Part shown: piece after piece, positions 32,093-41,693 of the stretch
Numbering within the stretch: the first letter of the stretch is position 1
How the letters are laid out: each line of letters starts with the position of its first letter
Assembly (NCBI GenBank): GCA_002441245.1
Contig: DJVP01000011.1
Span: 1-51,294, forward strand
Source: Candidatus Omnitrophica bacterium UBA6253
Lineage (GTDB): Bacteria > Omnitrophota > Gorgyraeia > Gygaellales > Profunditerraquicolaceae
Direction of reading: 5' to 3'
Length of the DNA: 51,294 nucleotides
The notes under the pieces: generated by a model
Told to the model about the DNA's origin: nothing
Databases searched by the model: none
Seen by the model: only the letters and a program-made list of their open reading frames with translations
Made by a program: the position numbers and the translations under genes

Positions 32093-33307
32093 ATGAATAA
32101 TAAAAAGAGAGCTGCATTTGCCCTTATCTTTCTTTTCGGCCTGGTAAGCCTCTTCGGGGATATGGTTTATGAAGGGGCACGCAGCGTCAATGGCCCATAT
32201 CTTAAGACCCTGGGCGCAAATGCCGCGATAGTAGGTTTAGTTGCCGGGATTGCCGAATTCCTGGGTTATGCTATACGCTTGCTTTCAGGGTATTTTGCCG
32301 ATAAAACAAAAGCATATTGGTTATTTACTTTTATAGGTTATGGCTTGCTGGTTAGCGTACCGTTACTTGCATTAACCGGTATTTGGCAGGTGGCAGTTGT
32401 TTTTATTATCATAGAGAGATTGGGTAAAGCCCTGCGCAGCCCGGCAAAAGATACTATTCTTTCCCAGGCTACCAAACAGGTAGGTACAGGAATTGGTTTT
32501 GCCATAGCTGAGGTACTTGATCAAATCGGTGCAATTGTTGGGCCGCTGATTTTTACCGTGCTTTTTGTGGTTCTTGGCAAAGGGAACAGGTCTCTTCTGG
32601 ATTATCAGCATGGATATTCATTGCTTTGGATCCCTTTAATCTTGGTTATGCTTTGTATTGTTTTTGCTTATCGGCGCCTGCCTAACCCGGAAATTTTAGA
32701 GACATCTGTAATTAAAACCCAGGAAACGGATAAACTGGGGAAGGTCTTTTGGATTTATACGATTTTTACCTTTGTTACTACCCTGGGTTTTGCTAATTTT
32801 GCCTTGATTGGATATCATTTTAAAACCAGGCATATCTTAAGTGATGCGCAGATCCCCCTGTTTTATGCTTTAGCTATGGGTGTTGATGCTGTAGCGGCCT
32901 TGATTATTGGCAAGGCATACGATATCTTTAAGGCCAGGCGCAGTAATGAAAAAGCCGGCTTAATTACCTTGATCGCCATCCCGGCCTTCTCGTTATTTAT
33001 ACCCGTATTTGTTTTTTCTACAAGGTTTTCATTTGTTTTGGCTGGTGTGATTATCTGGGGAATTGTTATGGGGGCACATGAAACAGTTATGAAATCCGCT
33101 ATTGCCGATCTTACCCCGTTAAAGAAGAGGGGTACCGGATACGGAATATTTAATACTGTTTATGGCCTGGCTATTTTTATCGGCAGCGCATTTACTGGCC
33201 TGCTTTATGAGTATTCTATACCCGCAATTATAATAATAAGCGTTGTTGTTGAATTGGCGGCCATCCCGGTATTCTTTATCTTAAAAAAAAGAAGCCTTGA
33301 CAGTTAA
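32093..33307 (+). CDS. Major facilitator superfamily transporter
   Basis: This roughly 404-aa protein has about 12 hydrophobic segments and an MFS-like loop motif, ERLGKALRSPAKD, between TM2 and TM3. Confidence 0.75.
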   Translation: MNNKKRAAFALIFLFGLVSLFGDMVYEGARSVNGPYLKTLGANAAIVGLVAGIAEFLGYAIRLLSGYFADKTKAYWLFTFIGYGLLVSVPLLALTGIWQVAVVFIIIERLGKALRSPAKDTILSQATKQVGTGIGFAIAEVLDQIGAIVGPLIFTVLFVVLGKGNRSLLDYQHGYSLLWIPLILVMLCIVFAYRRLPNPEILETSVIKTQETDKLGKVFWIYTIFTFVTTLGFANFALIGYHFKTRHILSDAQIPLFYALAMGVDAVAALIIGKAYDIFKARRSNEKAGLITLIAIPAFSLFIPVFVFSTRFSFVLAGVIIWGIVMGAHETVMKSAIADLTPLKKRGTGYGIFNTVYGLAIFIGSAFTGLLYEYSIPAIIIISVVVELAAIPVFFILKKRSLDS

Positions 33308-33316
33308 AGCCCGACA

Positions 33317-33341
33317 TGTTACCATTAAAAAATTAGTAACA
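33317..33341 (+). promoter_or_regulatory. Inverted repeat TGTTAC-N13-GTAACA upstream of nikR (candidate operator)
   Basis: Perfect 6-bp arms flank an AT-rich 13-nt spacer, ending 20 nt before the nikR ATG. Confidence 0.3.
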
Positions 33342-33360
33342 CATAATACGGAGAAGAACC

Positions 33361-33774
33361 ATGCCCTTAATTCGCTTTGGAGTTTCGATAGATAAAGAAC
33401 TCTTGATGAAGTTTGACCACTTGATCAAAGATAGAAAATATACCAATCGTTCTGAAGCCTTTCGTGATTTAATCCGCCAGGAATTGATCCAGGAGCAATG
33501 GCAGGGTAACCATGGGATAGCAGGGGCAATTACCTTAATTTACAACCACCATAAAAGGGAACTGGTGAATAAGCTTATGGATATCCAGCATGATTTCGGT
33601 GAGGTTATAATTTCTTCTCAGCATATCCATCTGGACCATGATAATTGTTTAGAGGTAATTGCGGTAAAGGGGAGCCCTAAACAGGCCCGTAAGTTAGCGG
33701 ATAGCTTAAAATCGGTAAAGGGGGTCAAGCACGGGGTTTTAAGTATGACAACTACCGGCCGGGGCATAATATAG
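33361..33774 (+). CDS. nikR: Nickel-responsive transcriptional regulator NikR
   Basis: The ribbon-helix-helix N-terminus reads RFGVSIDKELL...YTNRSEAFRDLIR. The C-terminal metal-binding region reads QHIHLDHDNCLEVIAVKG...GVKHGVL. The protein aligns by eye with E. coli NikR, including the His/His/Cys ligands. Confidence 0.9.
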   Translation: MPLIRFGVSIDKELLMKFDHLIKDRKYTNRSEAFRDLIRQELIQEQWQGNHGIAGAITLIYNHHKRELVNKLMDIQHDFGEVIISSQHIHLDHDNCLEVIAVKGSPKQARKLADSLKSVKGVKHGVLSMTTTGRGII

Positions 33775-33793
33775 ATATTATTTTTTTGCCTAC

Positions 33794-33821
33794 TAGTAGC
33801 ACTAATATAATAATAGTAGCA
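33794..33821 (+). repeat. Direct repeat TAGTAGCA x2 with a 20-nt period, upstream of the porin gene
   Basis: TAGTAGCA occurs at 33794-33801 and again at 33814-33821, flanking TAATATAATAA. Confidence 0.3.
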
Positions 33822-33887
33822 ACATTAATACAGGTTTTATAGTTTATTTAATGAAAATAAAGCGGTATTGTAAAGAAGGGGGGGTGC

Positions 33888-35258
33888 ATGGTTGCCGGGT
33901 TTTTTAGAAGGTTGATATTGTTTACGGTTGTCTCGTTTTTTTATTCTGTCGGATGTCTTTTTGCTGGCGATGTATCAATTATGGATGAAATCAACCAGCT
34001 TAAAGAGCGCATCGCTGTCTTAGAGAAAAGAGTTTCGGAGCAGGACAAATGCATCGCTATGCACAACTCGACAGTCCAGGCCCAACAGGTAAAAATAAGC
34101 GAATATGAAACCAGGTTCTCCCAGTTTGAGGAGAATCTCCACCGTGTTTCGGCTTCACCTATGCAACTTATGGAAGGCCTTGAGCTTGGCGTAGGCGGCA
34201 CAATGGTCCTTCAGGGGGCGGATAATATTAACTACCGTAACGGCCAGACGCAAAAGGAATCCCGAGCCGACGCCTCATATTCAGCAGACGTAACCTTAGC
34301 CAAAGAGTTTAAAGAAGCTGGTGGCAGGGTATTCTTGCATCTAGAGGCTGGCCAGGGTGCAGGCTTAGAGGATAACCTTACCTTGTATAGCAACGTCAAC
34401 CGTGATGCCGGTGATAGTGACGCTAAAGTAGAATTAACCGAGTTTTGGTATGAGCAGGATCTCTTTAACAATAAAGTTGCCGCTACTTTTGGTAAGCTTG
34501 ATCCCACTGCTTATTTTGACCAGAATGAGGTTGCCAATGATGAGACCACTCAATTTTTAGGAAGGATATTCCGCAATTCGCCTACTGTTGAATTTCCGGA
34601 TAACGGCGCAGGCATCCGTTTCGCTTATTTGCCTGTTGAGTGGCTAGAGTTAGGATACGGTTTATTTGATGGAAGCGGCAGTTGGGAAGATATAGGAGAC
34701 AGTTTATTTAATATCGGCCAAGTGCATTTTAAAACAAGTTTCTTTAATTTACCCGGAAACTACCGTTTCTACGGTTGGAATAACAATACCAACCATACTA
34801 AATGGCTGGATAGCCAAAAAAATAAAGAGGGCGCTTATGGTTTTGGCTTAAGCTTCGATCAAAAGGCCAGCGATGTTGTTACTTTTTTTGCCCGTTATGG
34901 CTGGCAGAATCCTGAAGTTTATAATCCTGATATAACCGCAGCAGATGGTTCTAGCTATTCATTGGAGCAGTCCTGGAGCATAGGCTTTCAGGTTGAAGGT
35001 AAGCCTTGGGGTAGGGAGTTTGATGCGTTTGCTTTAGCCATAGGTCAGGTAACTCCTTCGGATGACTATAAAAAGTCAAATACAGCATTATCGGCTAAGC
35101 CGGAAGGGCATCTTGAAGCCTATTATAAGATACATGTTAATGATCACCTGTCTATCAGCCCCGATTTTCAGTATATCTGGAATCCGTTCGGTAAAGATGT
35201 TACTGGAAATACAAAAGGGGTATTTGTGGGCGGCATGAGGGCGCAGGTGGATTTTTGA
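33888..35258 (+). CDS. Outer-membrane beta-barrel porin with an N-terminal coiled coil (OprB/carbohydrate-porin-like)
   Basis: A signal-like N-terminus is followed by the heptad segment INQLKERIAVLEKRVSEQ. The remainder shows an alternating amphipathic pattern rich in Gly, Tyr and Asp. The C-terminus (GGMRAQVDF) ends in Phe, as in the OMP beta-signal. Confidence 0.5.
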   Translation: MVAGFFRRLILFTVVSFFYSVGCLFAGDVSIMDEINQLKERIAVLEKRVSEQDKCIAMHNSTVQAQQVKISEYETRFSQFEENLHRVSASPMQLMEGLELGVGGTMVLQGADNINYRNGQTQKESRADASYSADVTLAKEFKEAGGRVFLHLEAGQGAGLEDNLTLYSNVNRDAGDSDAKVELTEFWYEQDLFNNKVAATFGKLDPTAYFDQNEVANDETTQFLGRIFRNSPTVEFPDNGAGIRFAYLPVEWLELGYGLFDGSGSWEDIGDSLFNIGQVHFKTSFFNLPGNYRFYGWNNNTNHTKWLDSQKNKEGAYGFGLSFDQKASDVVTFFARYGWQNPEVYNPDITAADGSSYSLEQSWSIGFQVEGKPWGREFDAFALAIGQVTPSDDYKKSNTALSAKPEGHLEAYYKIHVNDHLSISPDFQYIWNPFGKDVTGNTKGVFVGGMRAQVDF

Positions 35259-35326
35259 TGGGAGCTACATTGTAGATTAATTCGAATATCCAGGTTAATT
35301 AAGGAAAAAAGAGAGGAGATTTATAT

Positions 35327-36010
35327 ATGCATATACCAGATGGGTATTTAGGGCCGGGTACATGTGGATTGTTTTACTTAGCCATGCTTCCGATATGGAC
35401 AGCTGCTTCGCGCATTGTTAAGAAAACTCTTAACGCCAGGCAGGTTCCGCTATTGGCGATAGGAGCGGCATTTAGTTTTGTGATTATGATGTTTAATGTG
35501 CCAATACCCGGAGGTACTACCGGACATGCGGTGGGCGGGGTGCTTGTAGCAATACTTCTTGGCCCATGGGCTGCCTGTATTGCCATTACAGTAGCGCTTG
35601 TAATTCAGGCGTTGTTATTTGGCGATGGGGGTATTACTGCTATAGGCGCAAATTGTTTTAATATGGCGTTTGTGCTTCCTTTTACCGGATATTATATTTA
35701 TAAAGCAATCAGCTGCGGTGCTCCCATAGATTCAAAGAGAAGGGTTGTTGCCGCGGGTGTTGCCGGTTATGTGGCGCTTAATATTGCCGCGGGGGTGGCT
35801 GGTTTTGTCTTTGGCATCCAGCCTCTGTTGCATAAAACTTCAGGCGGCCAGGCCCTGTATTGCCCTTATGGTTTAAATGTTGCTTTGCCTGTTATGCTGG
35901 GTGAACATCTTCTGGTTTTTGGATGGGTGGAGGCAATTGTAACTGCTTTAGTAATAAAATATTTGCAAAAACCCGCTCCGGAGCTATTGGCAGAAGGGAG
36001 GAAAATCTAA
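35327..36010 (+). CDS. cbiM: ECF-type Ni/Co transporter substrate-capture subunit CbiM/NikM
   Basis: The diagnostic N-terminus MHIPDGYL is present, with about 6-7 TM segments and the motif GGTTGHAVGG. Confidence 0.85.
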   Translation: MHIPDGYLGPGTCGLFYLAMLPIWTAASRIVKKTLNARQVPLLAIGAAFSFVIMMFNVPIPGGTTGHAVGGVLVAILLGPWAACIAITVALVIQALLFGDGGITAIGANCFNMAFVLPFTGYYIYKAISCGAPIDSKRRVVAAGVAGYVALNIAAGVAGFVFGIQPLLHKTSGGQALYCPYGLNVALPVMLGEHLLVFGWVEAIVTALVIKYLQKPAPELLAEGRKI

Positions 36011-36342
36011 TGAAGATTATTTCTAAGCTTTGGATTTTTATCGGCGTATTGATTGCCTTGTCTCCTTTAGGCCTGTTATTGCCTGAACACTTTAAGGCAG
36101 GTTCAGCCTGGGGAGAGTGGGGAACGGATGAAATGCAGGAGTTAGTCGGCTATATACCCAAGGGTCTAGAGAGGCTTTCGAGCATTTGGAGCGCGCCGAT
36201 TCCCGATTATGCTTTTAAGGGGTGGGAAGAGAAGCCTATGTTAAGCTTAAGCATTGCCTATATCTTGTCAGCTGTTGTTGGGATACTTATTTGTGTTGGC
36301 GTGGTATTTATATTTGGTAGATTTTTAAGCAAGAAAGAATAG
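36010..36342 (+). CDS. PDGLE-domain small membrane protein (CbiN/NikN-type partner of CbiM)
   Basis: The ATG overlaps the cbiM stop (TAATG). The protein has the form TM - SAWGEWG - IPKGLERL - TM. The longer track ORF from 35923 would overlap cbiM in another frame. Confidence 0.65.
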   Translation: MKIISKLWIFIGVLIALSPLGLLLPEHFKAGSAWGEWGTDEMQELVGYIPKGLERLSSIWSAPIPDYAFKGWEEKPMLSLSIAYILSAVVGILICVGVVFIFGRFLSKKE

Positions 36343-36364
36343 ACCCGTAAGCGCCTAGTAATGT

Positions 36365-37327
36365 ATGGATATTTTAACCGGAGGAGCAGGTTTTATCGGT
36401 AGTTGTTTTCTTGCCAAGCTTAACAGTCAGGGCATAGATGATATTATTGTCGTTGATAACCTAAACGATTCAAGGAAATGGCGTAATCTTCTGAATAAAC
36501 GTTTTTGTGATTATATCTCAAAAGATAAATTCCTGAGGTTGCTGGAGAATAACCGCCTGCCTATGCCCAAACATATTATCCATATGGGTGCCTGCAGCTC
36601 TACCTTAGTTAATGACCGCGACTACCTGATGAGTAATAATTACGAGTATTCCAGGAGACTTAGTGTTTGGGCGTTTGAACATAATGTTGCCTTTATTTAC
36701 GCATCAAGCGCTGCCACATACGGAGATGGCTCTTTCGGTTATGACGATAGCGACGAGAATACCTTGCGTTTAAAGCCGCTCAACCTTTATGGATTATCAA
36801 AACAACTTTTTGACATCTGGATGCTTAAAAACAGAAATCAGGCCAGGGCTACAGGTTTAAAATTCTTCAATGTCTTTGGGCCTAATGAATACCACAAGGC
36901 GCAGATGATGAGTGTAATTTGCAGGAGGTTTGATGAACTTAAAAGCGGTTTGCCTATGAAGCTTTTTAAGTCATATTCTGCCCAATGTCAGGACGGCGAG
37001 CAAAAAAGGGATTTTATCTATGTAAAGGATGCCGTTGAGGTGATGTACTATTTTTATAAAAACCCGCAAATATCCGGTATTTATAACCTGGGTACAGGCC
37101 TTGCGCGCAGCTGGAATGACCTGGCTAGGGCAATGTTTTCGGCGCTTAAGATGCAGCCCAATATCGAATATATTGAAATGCCGCCGGAAATAAAGGAGAA
37201 ATACCAGTATTTTACTCAAGCGGATATGGTAAAGCTGCGTTCCTGCGGATGCCAATGCAAATTTAGCACGCTTGAAGAGGCGGTAAAAGATTATTCAATT
37301 TACCTGAATTCGAAAACATATATTTGA
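36365..37327 (+). CDS. hldD: ADP-L-glycero-D-manno-heptose 6-epimerase
   Basis: The motifs GGAGFIGS, VVDNL, HMGACSST, YASSAATYG, YGLSK, FFNVFGPNEYHK, KRDFIYVKD and YQYFTQADM are present. The protein is colinear with E. coli HldD. Confidence 0.85.
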   Translation: MDILTGGAGFIGSCFLAKLNSQGIDDIIVVDNLNDSRKWRNLLNKRFCDYISKDKFLRLLENNRLPMPKHIIHMGACSSTLVNDRDYLMSNNYEYSRRLSVWAFEHNVAFIYASSAATYGDGSFGYDDSDENTLRLKPLNLYGLSKQLFDIWMLKNRNQARATGLKFFNVFGPNEYHKAQMMSVICRRFDELKSGLPMKLFKSYSAQCQDGEQKRDFIYVKDAVEVMYYFYKNPQISGIYNLGTGLARSWNDLARAMFSALKMQPNIEYIEMPPEIKEKYQYFTQADMVKLRSCGCQCKFSTLEEAVKDYSIYLNSKTYI

Positions 37328-37352
37328 CAGAAAGACATTTTCTTGTTATAAA
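37324..37352 (+). promoter_or_regulatory. Strong sigma70-like promoter for the gcv operon, overlapping the hldD stop codon
   Basis: TTGACA (37324-37329), a 17-nt spacer, then TATAAA (37347-37352). Confidence 0.5.
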
Positions 37353-37414
37353 TATAAGTCAAATCTGTTTTAAAATACACAACCTCATTCTGCCAAAATA
37401 TTAAACCTAAGAAA

Positions 37415-38524
37415 ATGGAAGAAAGTTCAACATTGCCGGCTACACCTCTTTTTGAACAGCACAGGAATTTAGGCGCAAAGCTTGCCCCTTTTGGCGGTTG
37501 GCTAATGCCTATTCAATATAGTGGCATTATAGATGAGCATAACTGGGTGCGTAAGAATTCCGGGTTATTTGATATTTGCCATATGGGTGAGTTTATGGTC
37601 CAGGCGGACTTGGCCAAGGCCAACCTTGGTAATTTAGTGACGATTAACCTTGAGGGTATGCCGCAGGGGGCCTGTCGTTATGGGTTTATGCTTAATGAAC
37701 AGGGTGGGATCATTGATGACCTGCTTGTTTATAGGATCGATAGTGCAGAATGGATGATTGTGGTTAATGCCGCTGCCTCTGATGGAGACTTTGCCCATTT
37801 AAAAGAACATTTAACCGGGGCAATGAGGATTGAGAATATTTCACAGGTTTTGGGGAAACTTGATTTGCAGGGGCCACTGTCAGCAGATGTACTGGAAGAT
37901 TTAGCTGGCCCGGGCATCAAGAGTTTGAAGTATTATACCTTTGGTTATTTTGACATTTTAGGCGAAAGAATTATTATCAGCCGCACTGGTTATACAGGAG
38001 AGATGGGTTATGAGTTGTATATGCCGAATAACAAAATTCCTCAATTATGGGAGAAGTTGCTTAATGATCAACGGGTTAAGCCTATAGGACTTGGGGCGCG
38101 CGATACATTGCGCCTGGAGATGGGCTATAGCCTTTATGGACAGGATATAGATAAGAACACCACGCCATTGGAAGCGGGGTTAAGCAATTTTATAGATTGG
38201 AATAAAGAATTTATTGGAAAGGGCAGCCTTTTAAAACAAAAACAAAATGGAGTCCTTCGCAGGATGATCTGTTTCTTAGCGGATTCCCGGCGCTCGCCCC
38301 GCCATAATTACCGCATAATTTATAAGGATAAGGATGTTGGCGCAGTAACCAGTGGATCATTCTCTCCCAGCCTTGGGTTTGGCATCGGGATGGGTTATGT
38401 TAAAGATGAGATCTCTCTTGGAGAACAAATCATTCTTAGTGAAAATTCTATTTCAATAAACGCAAAAGTTACAGCTAAGCCTTTCTATAAAAACGGAAGC
38501 GCAAAATCAGGAGAGAAAAAATGA
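37415..38524 (+). CDS. gcvT: Glycine cleavage system T protein (aminomethyltransferase)
   Basis: The motifs TPLFEQH, GGWLMPIQY, LFDICHMG, ISRTGYTGEMGYE and GLGARDTLRLEMGY are present. Confidence 0.9.
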   Translation: MEESSTLPATPLFEQHRNLGAKLAPFGGWLMPIQYSGIIDEHNWVRKNSGLFDICHMGEFMVQADLAKANLGNLVTINLEGMPQGACRYGFMLNEQGGIIDDLLVYRIDSAEWMIVVNAAASDGDFAHLKEHLTGAMRIENISQVLGKLDLQGPLSADVLEDLAGPGIKSLKYYTFGYFDILGERIIISRTGYTGEMGYELYMPNNKIPQLWEKLLNDQRVKPIGLGARDTLRLEMGYSLYGQDIDKNTTPLEAGLSNFIDWNKEFIGKGSLLKQKQNGVLRRMICFLADSRRSPRHNYRIIYKDKDVGAVTSGSFSPSLGFGIGMGYVKDEISLGEQIILSENSISINAKVTAKPFYKNGSAKSGEKK

Positions 38525-38910
38525 CCATACCGGAAAATCTTTTGTATACTAAGGATCATGAATGGGCAAGGCTTGACGGGGATAAGGTAACTATGGGGAT
38601 TACGGATTTTGCGCAAGGCTCTCTCGGCGATATTACTTTTATCGACCTGCCGAAGCCGGGGGCAAAGGTAGAACAGTCTAAATGGTGCGCTACGGTTGAG
38701 TCGGTAAAGGCCGCTTCGGATGTTTATGCGCCATTTTCAGGCGAGGTGCTTAAGGTAAATACGCAATTAACTGGTCATCCGGAGCTGGTGAATAAATCCG
38801 CCTATGATGCAGGGTGGTTTGCGGTGGTTAAAATATCTGATTTAGAAGAAAAAAATAAACTTATGAATTCTACTCAATATAAAGAATACATACAGGGTTT
38901 ATCTAAATGA
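38521..38910 (+). CDS. gcvH: Glycine cleavage system H protein
   Basis: The motifs YTKDHEW and GITDFAQ are present, along with the lipoyl-lysine motif VESVKAASDVYAP. The gene overlaps the gcvT stop by 4 nt. Confidence 0.9.
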   Translation: MTIPENLLYTKDHEWARLDGDKVTMGITDFAQGSLGDITFIDLPKPGAKVEQSKWCATVESVKAASDVYAPFSGEVLKVNTQLTGHPELVNKSAYDAGWFAVVKISDLEEKNKLMNSTQYKEYIQGLSK

Positions 38911-40244
38911 ACTATATTGCGCACACAGAATTAGAAAAGAAGGAGATGCTTAAGGCTATTGGAGCAGTAAGTGTCGAAGACCTTTTCAGGCATATACCCG
39001 ATGGGTTGCGGCCCAAATCATTTAATATCCCGGAAGGTAAATCTGAATTTGACGTGATTGAGTATCTAAAACTTCTTAGCCGCAAGAATGCAACCAACCT
39101 TACGGATTTTGTAGGCGGGGGATTTTATGACCATTATATTCCGGCAGCGGTTGATGCTTTGGCCGGGCGTTCGGAATTTTATACAGCTTATACGCCTTAC
39201 CAGCCTGAGTGTTCGCAAGGCTGGTTGCAGGCAATCTATGAATATCAGACAGTGATCTGCGAACTAACCGGCCTGGATGTTTCCAATGCTTCTCTTTATG
39301 ACGGTGGTACCGCTCTCTACGAGGCTGCGATGATGGCGATGAGGCTTACAGGGAGAAAGAAAATCATTGTTGATAGCGGGGTGAGCTTAATTTACCGCAC
39401 CATGCTTTATGCATATACATCTAATCTTTCCATTGAATTTGTAGAAACTCCTGTAGTACATGGCCAGAGCTGCAGGGAGGATATTTATAAACATTTGGAT
39501 GATAAGACTGCAGCGGTGATTGTGCAGAACCCTAACTTTTTCGGGGCGGTAGATGATTTTTCCGATATTGCCCAGAGAGTGCATAAATGCGGGGCGCTGG
39601 CAATTGCTTCAGTTTATCCGGTTTCTCTGGGCATGCTTAAGAGTCCCGGAGAGATGGGGATTGATATCGCAACCGGAGAGGGGCAGAGCCTGGGTATCCC
39701 TTTATCTTTTGGCGGGCCTTATTTAGGTTTTATCGCGGTAAAAAAAGAACATATGCGCCAATTGCCGGGCAGGATTGTTGGCGCAACTGTGGATAAAGAT
39801 AATAAGCGTGGTTTTGTCCTTACTCTGCAGGCGCGTGAGCAGCATATCCGCAGGGAACGTGCGACCTCCAATATTTGTTCTAACGAAGCGCTTTGCGCTT
39901 TACGGGCTTTGATCTATACCTCGCTTTTAGGCAAGGCCGGGTTTCAGGAGCTAGCCAGGCTAAATTATCAGAAGGCGGAGTTTGCCAAGGCAACATTAGG
40001 TAATGTTAGCGGAGTAGAGGTTAAGCGCAGCGCACCTACATTTAATGAGTTTACAGTTTGCCTGCCAAAGAATGCCGACGAAGTAGTTTACAGGATGATT
40101 AATAAAGGATTTGCCTGTGGTTTTCCGTTGGGAAGATTCTATAAGGGATTAGATAATTACCTTTTGGTTGCGGTTACGGAAAAACGCACTAAAGAAGAGA
40201 TTATGCAATTTGCCAACAGCCTGGAGGCAGCGCTATGCAGTTAA
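38907..40244 (+). CDS. gcvPA: Glycine dehydrogenase (decarboxylating) subunit 1
   Basis: The motifs YTAYTPYQPE.SQG.LQ..YE.Q and ATSNICSNEAL are typical of the split P-protein alpha subunit. Confidence 0.9.
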   Translation: MNYIAHTELEKKEMLKAIGAVSVEDLFRHIPDGLRPKSFNIPEGKSEFDVIEYLKLLSRKNATNLTDFVGGGFYDHYIPAAVDALAGRSEFYTAYTPYQPECSQGWLQAIYEYQTVICELTGLDVSNASLYDGGTALYEAAMMAMRLTGRKKIIVDSGVSLIYRTMLYAYTSNLSIEFVETPVVHGQSCREDIYKHLDDKTAAVIVQNPNFFGAVDDFSDIAQRVHKCGALAIASVYPVSLGMLKSPGEMGIDIATGEGQSLGIPLSFGGPYLGFIAVKKEHMRQLPGRIVGATVDKDNKRGFVLTLQAREQHIRRERATSNICSNEALCALRALIYTSLLGKAGFQELARLNYQKAEFAKATLGNVSGVEVKRSAPTFNEFTVCLPKNADEVVYRMINKGFACGFPLGRFYKGLDNYLLVAVTEKRTKEEIMQFANSLEAALCS

Positions 40245-41686
40245 TCTTTGAGAAAAGCCGGACCGGGCGCAGTGGATTTATGCTGCCTGAAATAGATGTG
40301 CCGGTAGTTGCGGGACTGCCTGAAAAATATTGCCGTAAACAAGCACCTTCCTTGCCTGAGGTTTCTGAATTAGATGTAGTGCGCCATTTTACCAACTTGT
40401 CACGTCTGAATTTTTCAGTAGATACAAATTTCTATCCTCTGGGTTCTTGTACCATGAAATACAACCCGAAATTCACGGAGAAGATTTGTGCTTTAGATGG
40501 TTTTAGTGACCTGCATCCTTTATTGCCTCAGCTTTTAGGGGGAGGGATGCTTGCTCAAGGGGCTTTAGAAGTTTTATATAATACCGAAAGATTGCTCAGC
40601 GAGATTACCGGAATGTCTGCTTTTACCACTCAACCGCTTGCCGGAGCGCATGGGGAATTGACCGGGGTTATGCTGATTGCCGCCTACCACAAGTATAATG
40701 GCGAGCATAGAAAGCATATTATTATTCCGGATTCTTCGCATGGGACTAACCCTGCCAGCGCTGCAATTGCCGGATATAATGTAGTGGTTATTCCTACGGA
40801 TAAAGATGGTTTTCTGGATATGCAGGCGTATAAGCAAGCCTTGAACCAGGAAACCGCCGCGGTTATGCTTACCTGCCCGGATACGCTCGGGATTTTTAAT
40901 CCCAGAATAAAAGAGATTGCGGATTTAGCGCATGCAGCCGGTGCGCTGATGTATTATGATGGAGCTAATCTCAACGCGATATTGGGAAAATGCCGTCCTG
41001 GGGATATTGGTTTTGACGTAATACACCTCAACCTGCATAAAACTTTTGCTACTCCGCATGGCGGAGGCGGGCCGGGAGCAGGGCCGGTTGGCGTATGTGA
41101 AAAGCTGATAGATTTTCTTCCTATATCCAGAGTTATCCGCCGTTCTGACGGGACGTTTGCCTTAGATTACCATAAACATAAATCCATCGGTTATATCGCT
41201 CCATTTTATGGTAACTTTGGAGTAATCTTAAAGGCGTATGCGTATATTTTAAGGCTGGGAAAAAGCGGGCTTATTGAGGCCAGTGAGAACGCAGTATTAA
41301 GCGCAAACTATTGCCTGGCTCGCCTAAGGGATTATTATGCGCCGGCTTACGGTAAAAGTTGTATGCATGAATGTGTATTATCGGCAGCAAAACAGTTGGA
41401 GCAAGGAGTGCATGCGTTAGATATTGCTAAATACTTAATTGACAGAGGATTCCATCCTCCAACAATTTATTTTCCAATGATCGTAAAAGAGGCGATGATG
41501 ATTGAGCCTACAGAAACCGAAAGCAAGGAAACGCTTGATGCCTTTATTGAAGTTATGATTGAGGCAGCTTCTCTTGCTAAAACTAACCCCGAGGCTTTGC
41601 ATTCAGCTCCGCTCTCTATGTCGGTCAAGCGGCTTGATGAAACGAAAGCCGCCCGAGAACCGAATCTGCGTTGGAAGCCAAAGTAA
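40235..41686 (+). CDS. gcvPB: Glycine dehydrogenase (decarboxylating) subunit 2
   Basis: The motifs LGSCTMKYNP, HGTNPASA and the PLP-lysine context NLHKTFATPHGGGGPG are present. Confidence 0.9.
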   Translation: MQLIFEKSRTGRSGFMLPEIDVPVVAGLPEKYCRKQAPSLPEVSELDVVRHFTNLSRLNFSVDTNFYPLGSCTMKYNPKFTEKICALDGFSDLHPLLPQLLGGGMLAQGALEVLYNTERLLSEITGMSAFTTQPLAGAHGELTGVMLIAAYHKYNGEHRKHIIIPDSSHGTNPASAAIAGYNVVVIPTDKDGFLDMQAYKQALNQETAAVMLTCPDTLGIFNPRIKEIADLAHAAGALMYYDGANLNAILGKCRPGDIGFDVIHLNLHKTFATPHGGGGPGAGPVGVCEKLIDFLPISRVIRRSDGTFALDYHKHKSIGYIAPFYGNFGVILKAYAYILRLGKSGLIEASENAVLSANYCLARLRDYYAPAYGKSCMHECVLSAAKQLEQGVHALDIAKYLIDRGFHPPTIYFPMIVKEAMMIEPTETESKETLDAFIEVMIEAASLAKTNPEALHSAPLSMSVKRLDETKAAREPNLRWKPK

Positions 41687-41693
41687 GAAAATC

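Noticed and set aside
33766-33787. An AT-only hairpin (ATAATAT-AG-ATATTAT) followed by a T-run at the end of nikR, as a possible terminator
   Set aside because: The stem consists purely of A-T pairs and overlaps the stop codon. Its predicted stability is too low to call a terminator with any confidence.
35259-35326. Whether a cobalamin or NiCo riboswitch precedes cbiM
   Set aside because: The gap is only 68 nt and AT-rich, which is too short for either riboswitch class. The presence of nikR suggests protein-based control instead.
35923-36009. A long N-terminal extension of the PDGLE protein (track ORF starting at 35923)
   Set aside because: It would overlap cbiM by 88 nt in another frame. 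The extension (MGGGNCNCFSNKIFAKTRSGAIGRREENL) has no membrane or signal character. ATG 36010, which overlaps the cbiM stop, gives the expected TM-first protein.
37328-37414. Whether a glycine riboswitch precedes gcvT
   Set aside because: Only 87 nt are available, and part of that is occupied by a promoter-like element. The sequence is AT-rich, and I could not recognise the conserved GGAGAG/CACCG-type cores. A covariance-model scan would settle the question.
41559-41693. Long upstream extensions of three track ORFs: 41559 for the LipM-like gene, 44908 for cbiO and 45647 for the cupin
   Set aside because: Each extension overlaps the well-supported C-terminus of the preceding gene in a different frame and adds sequence without homology. 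Internal ATGs at 41694, 44944 and 45794 restore the normal N-termini.
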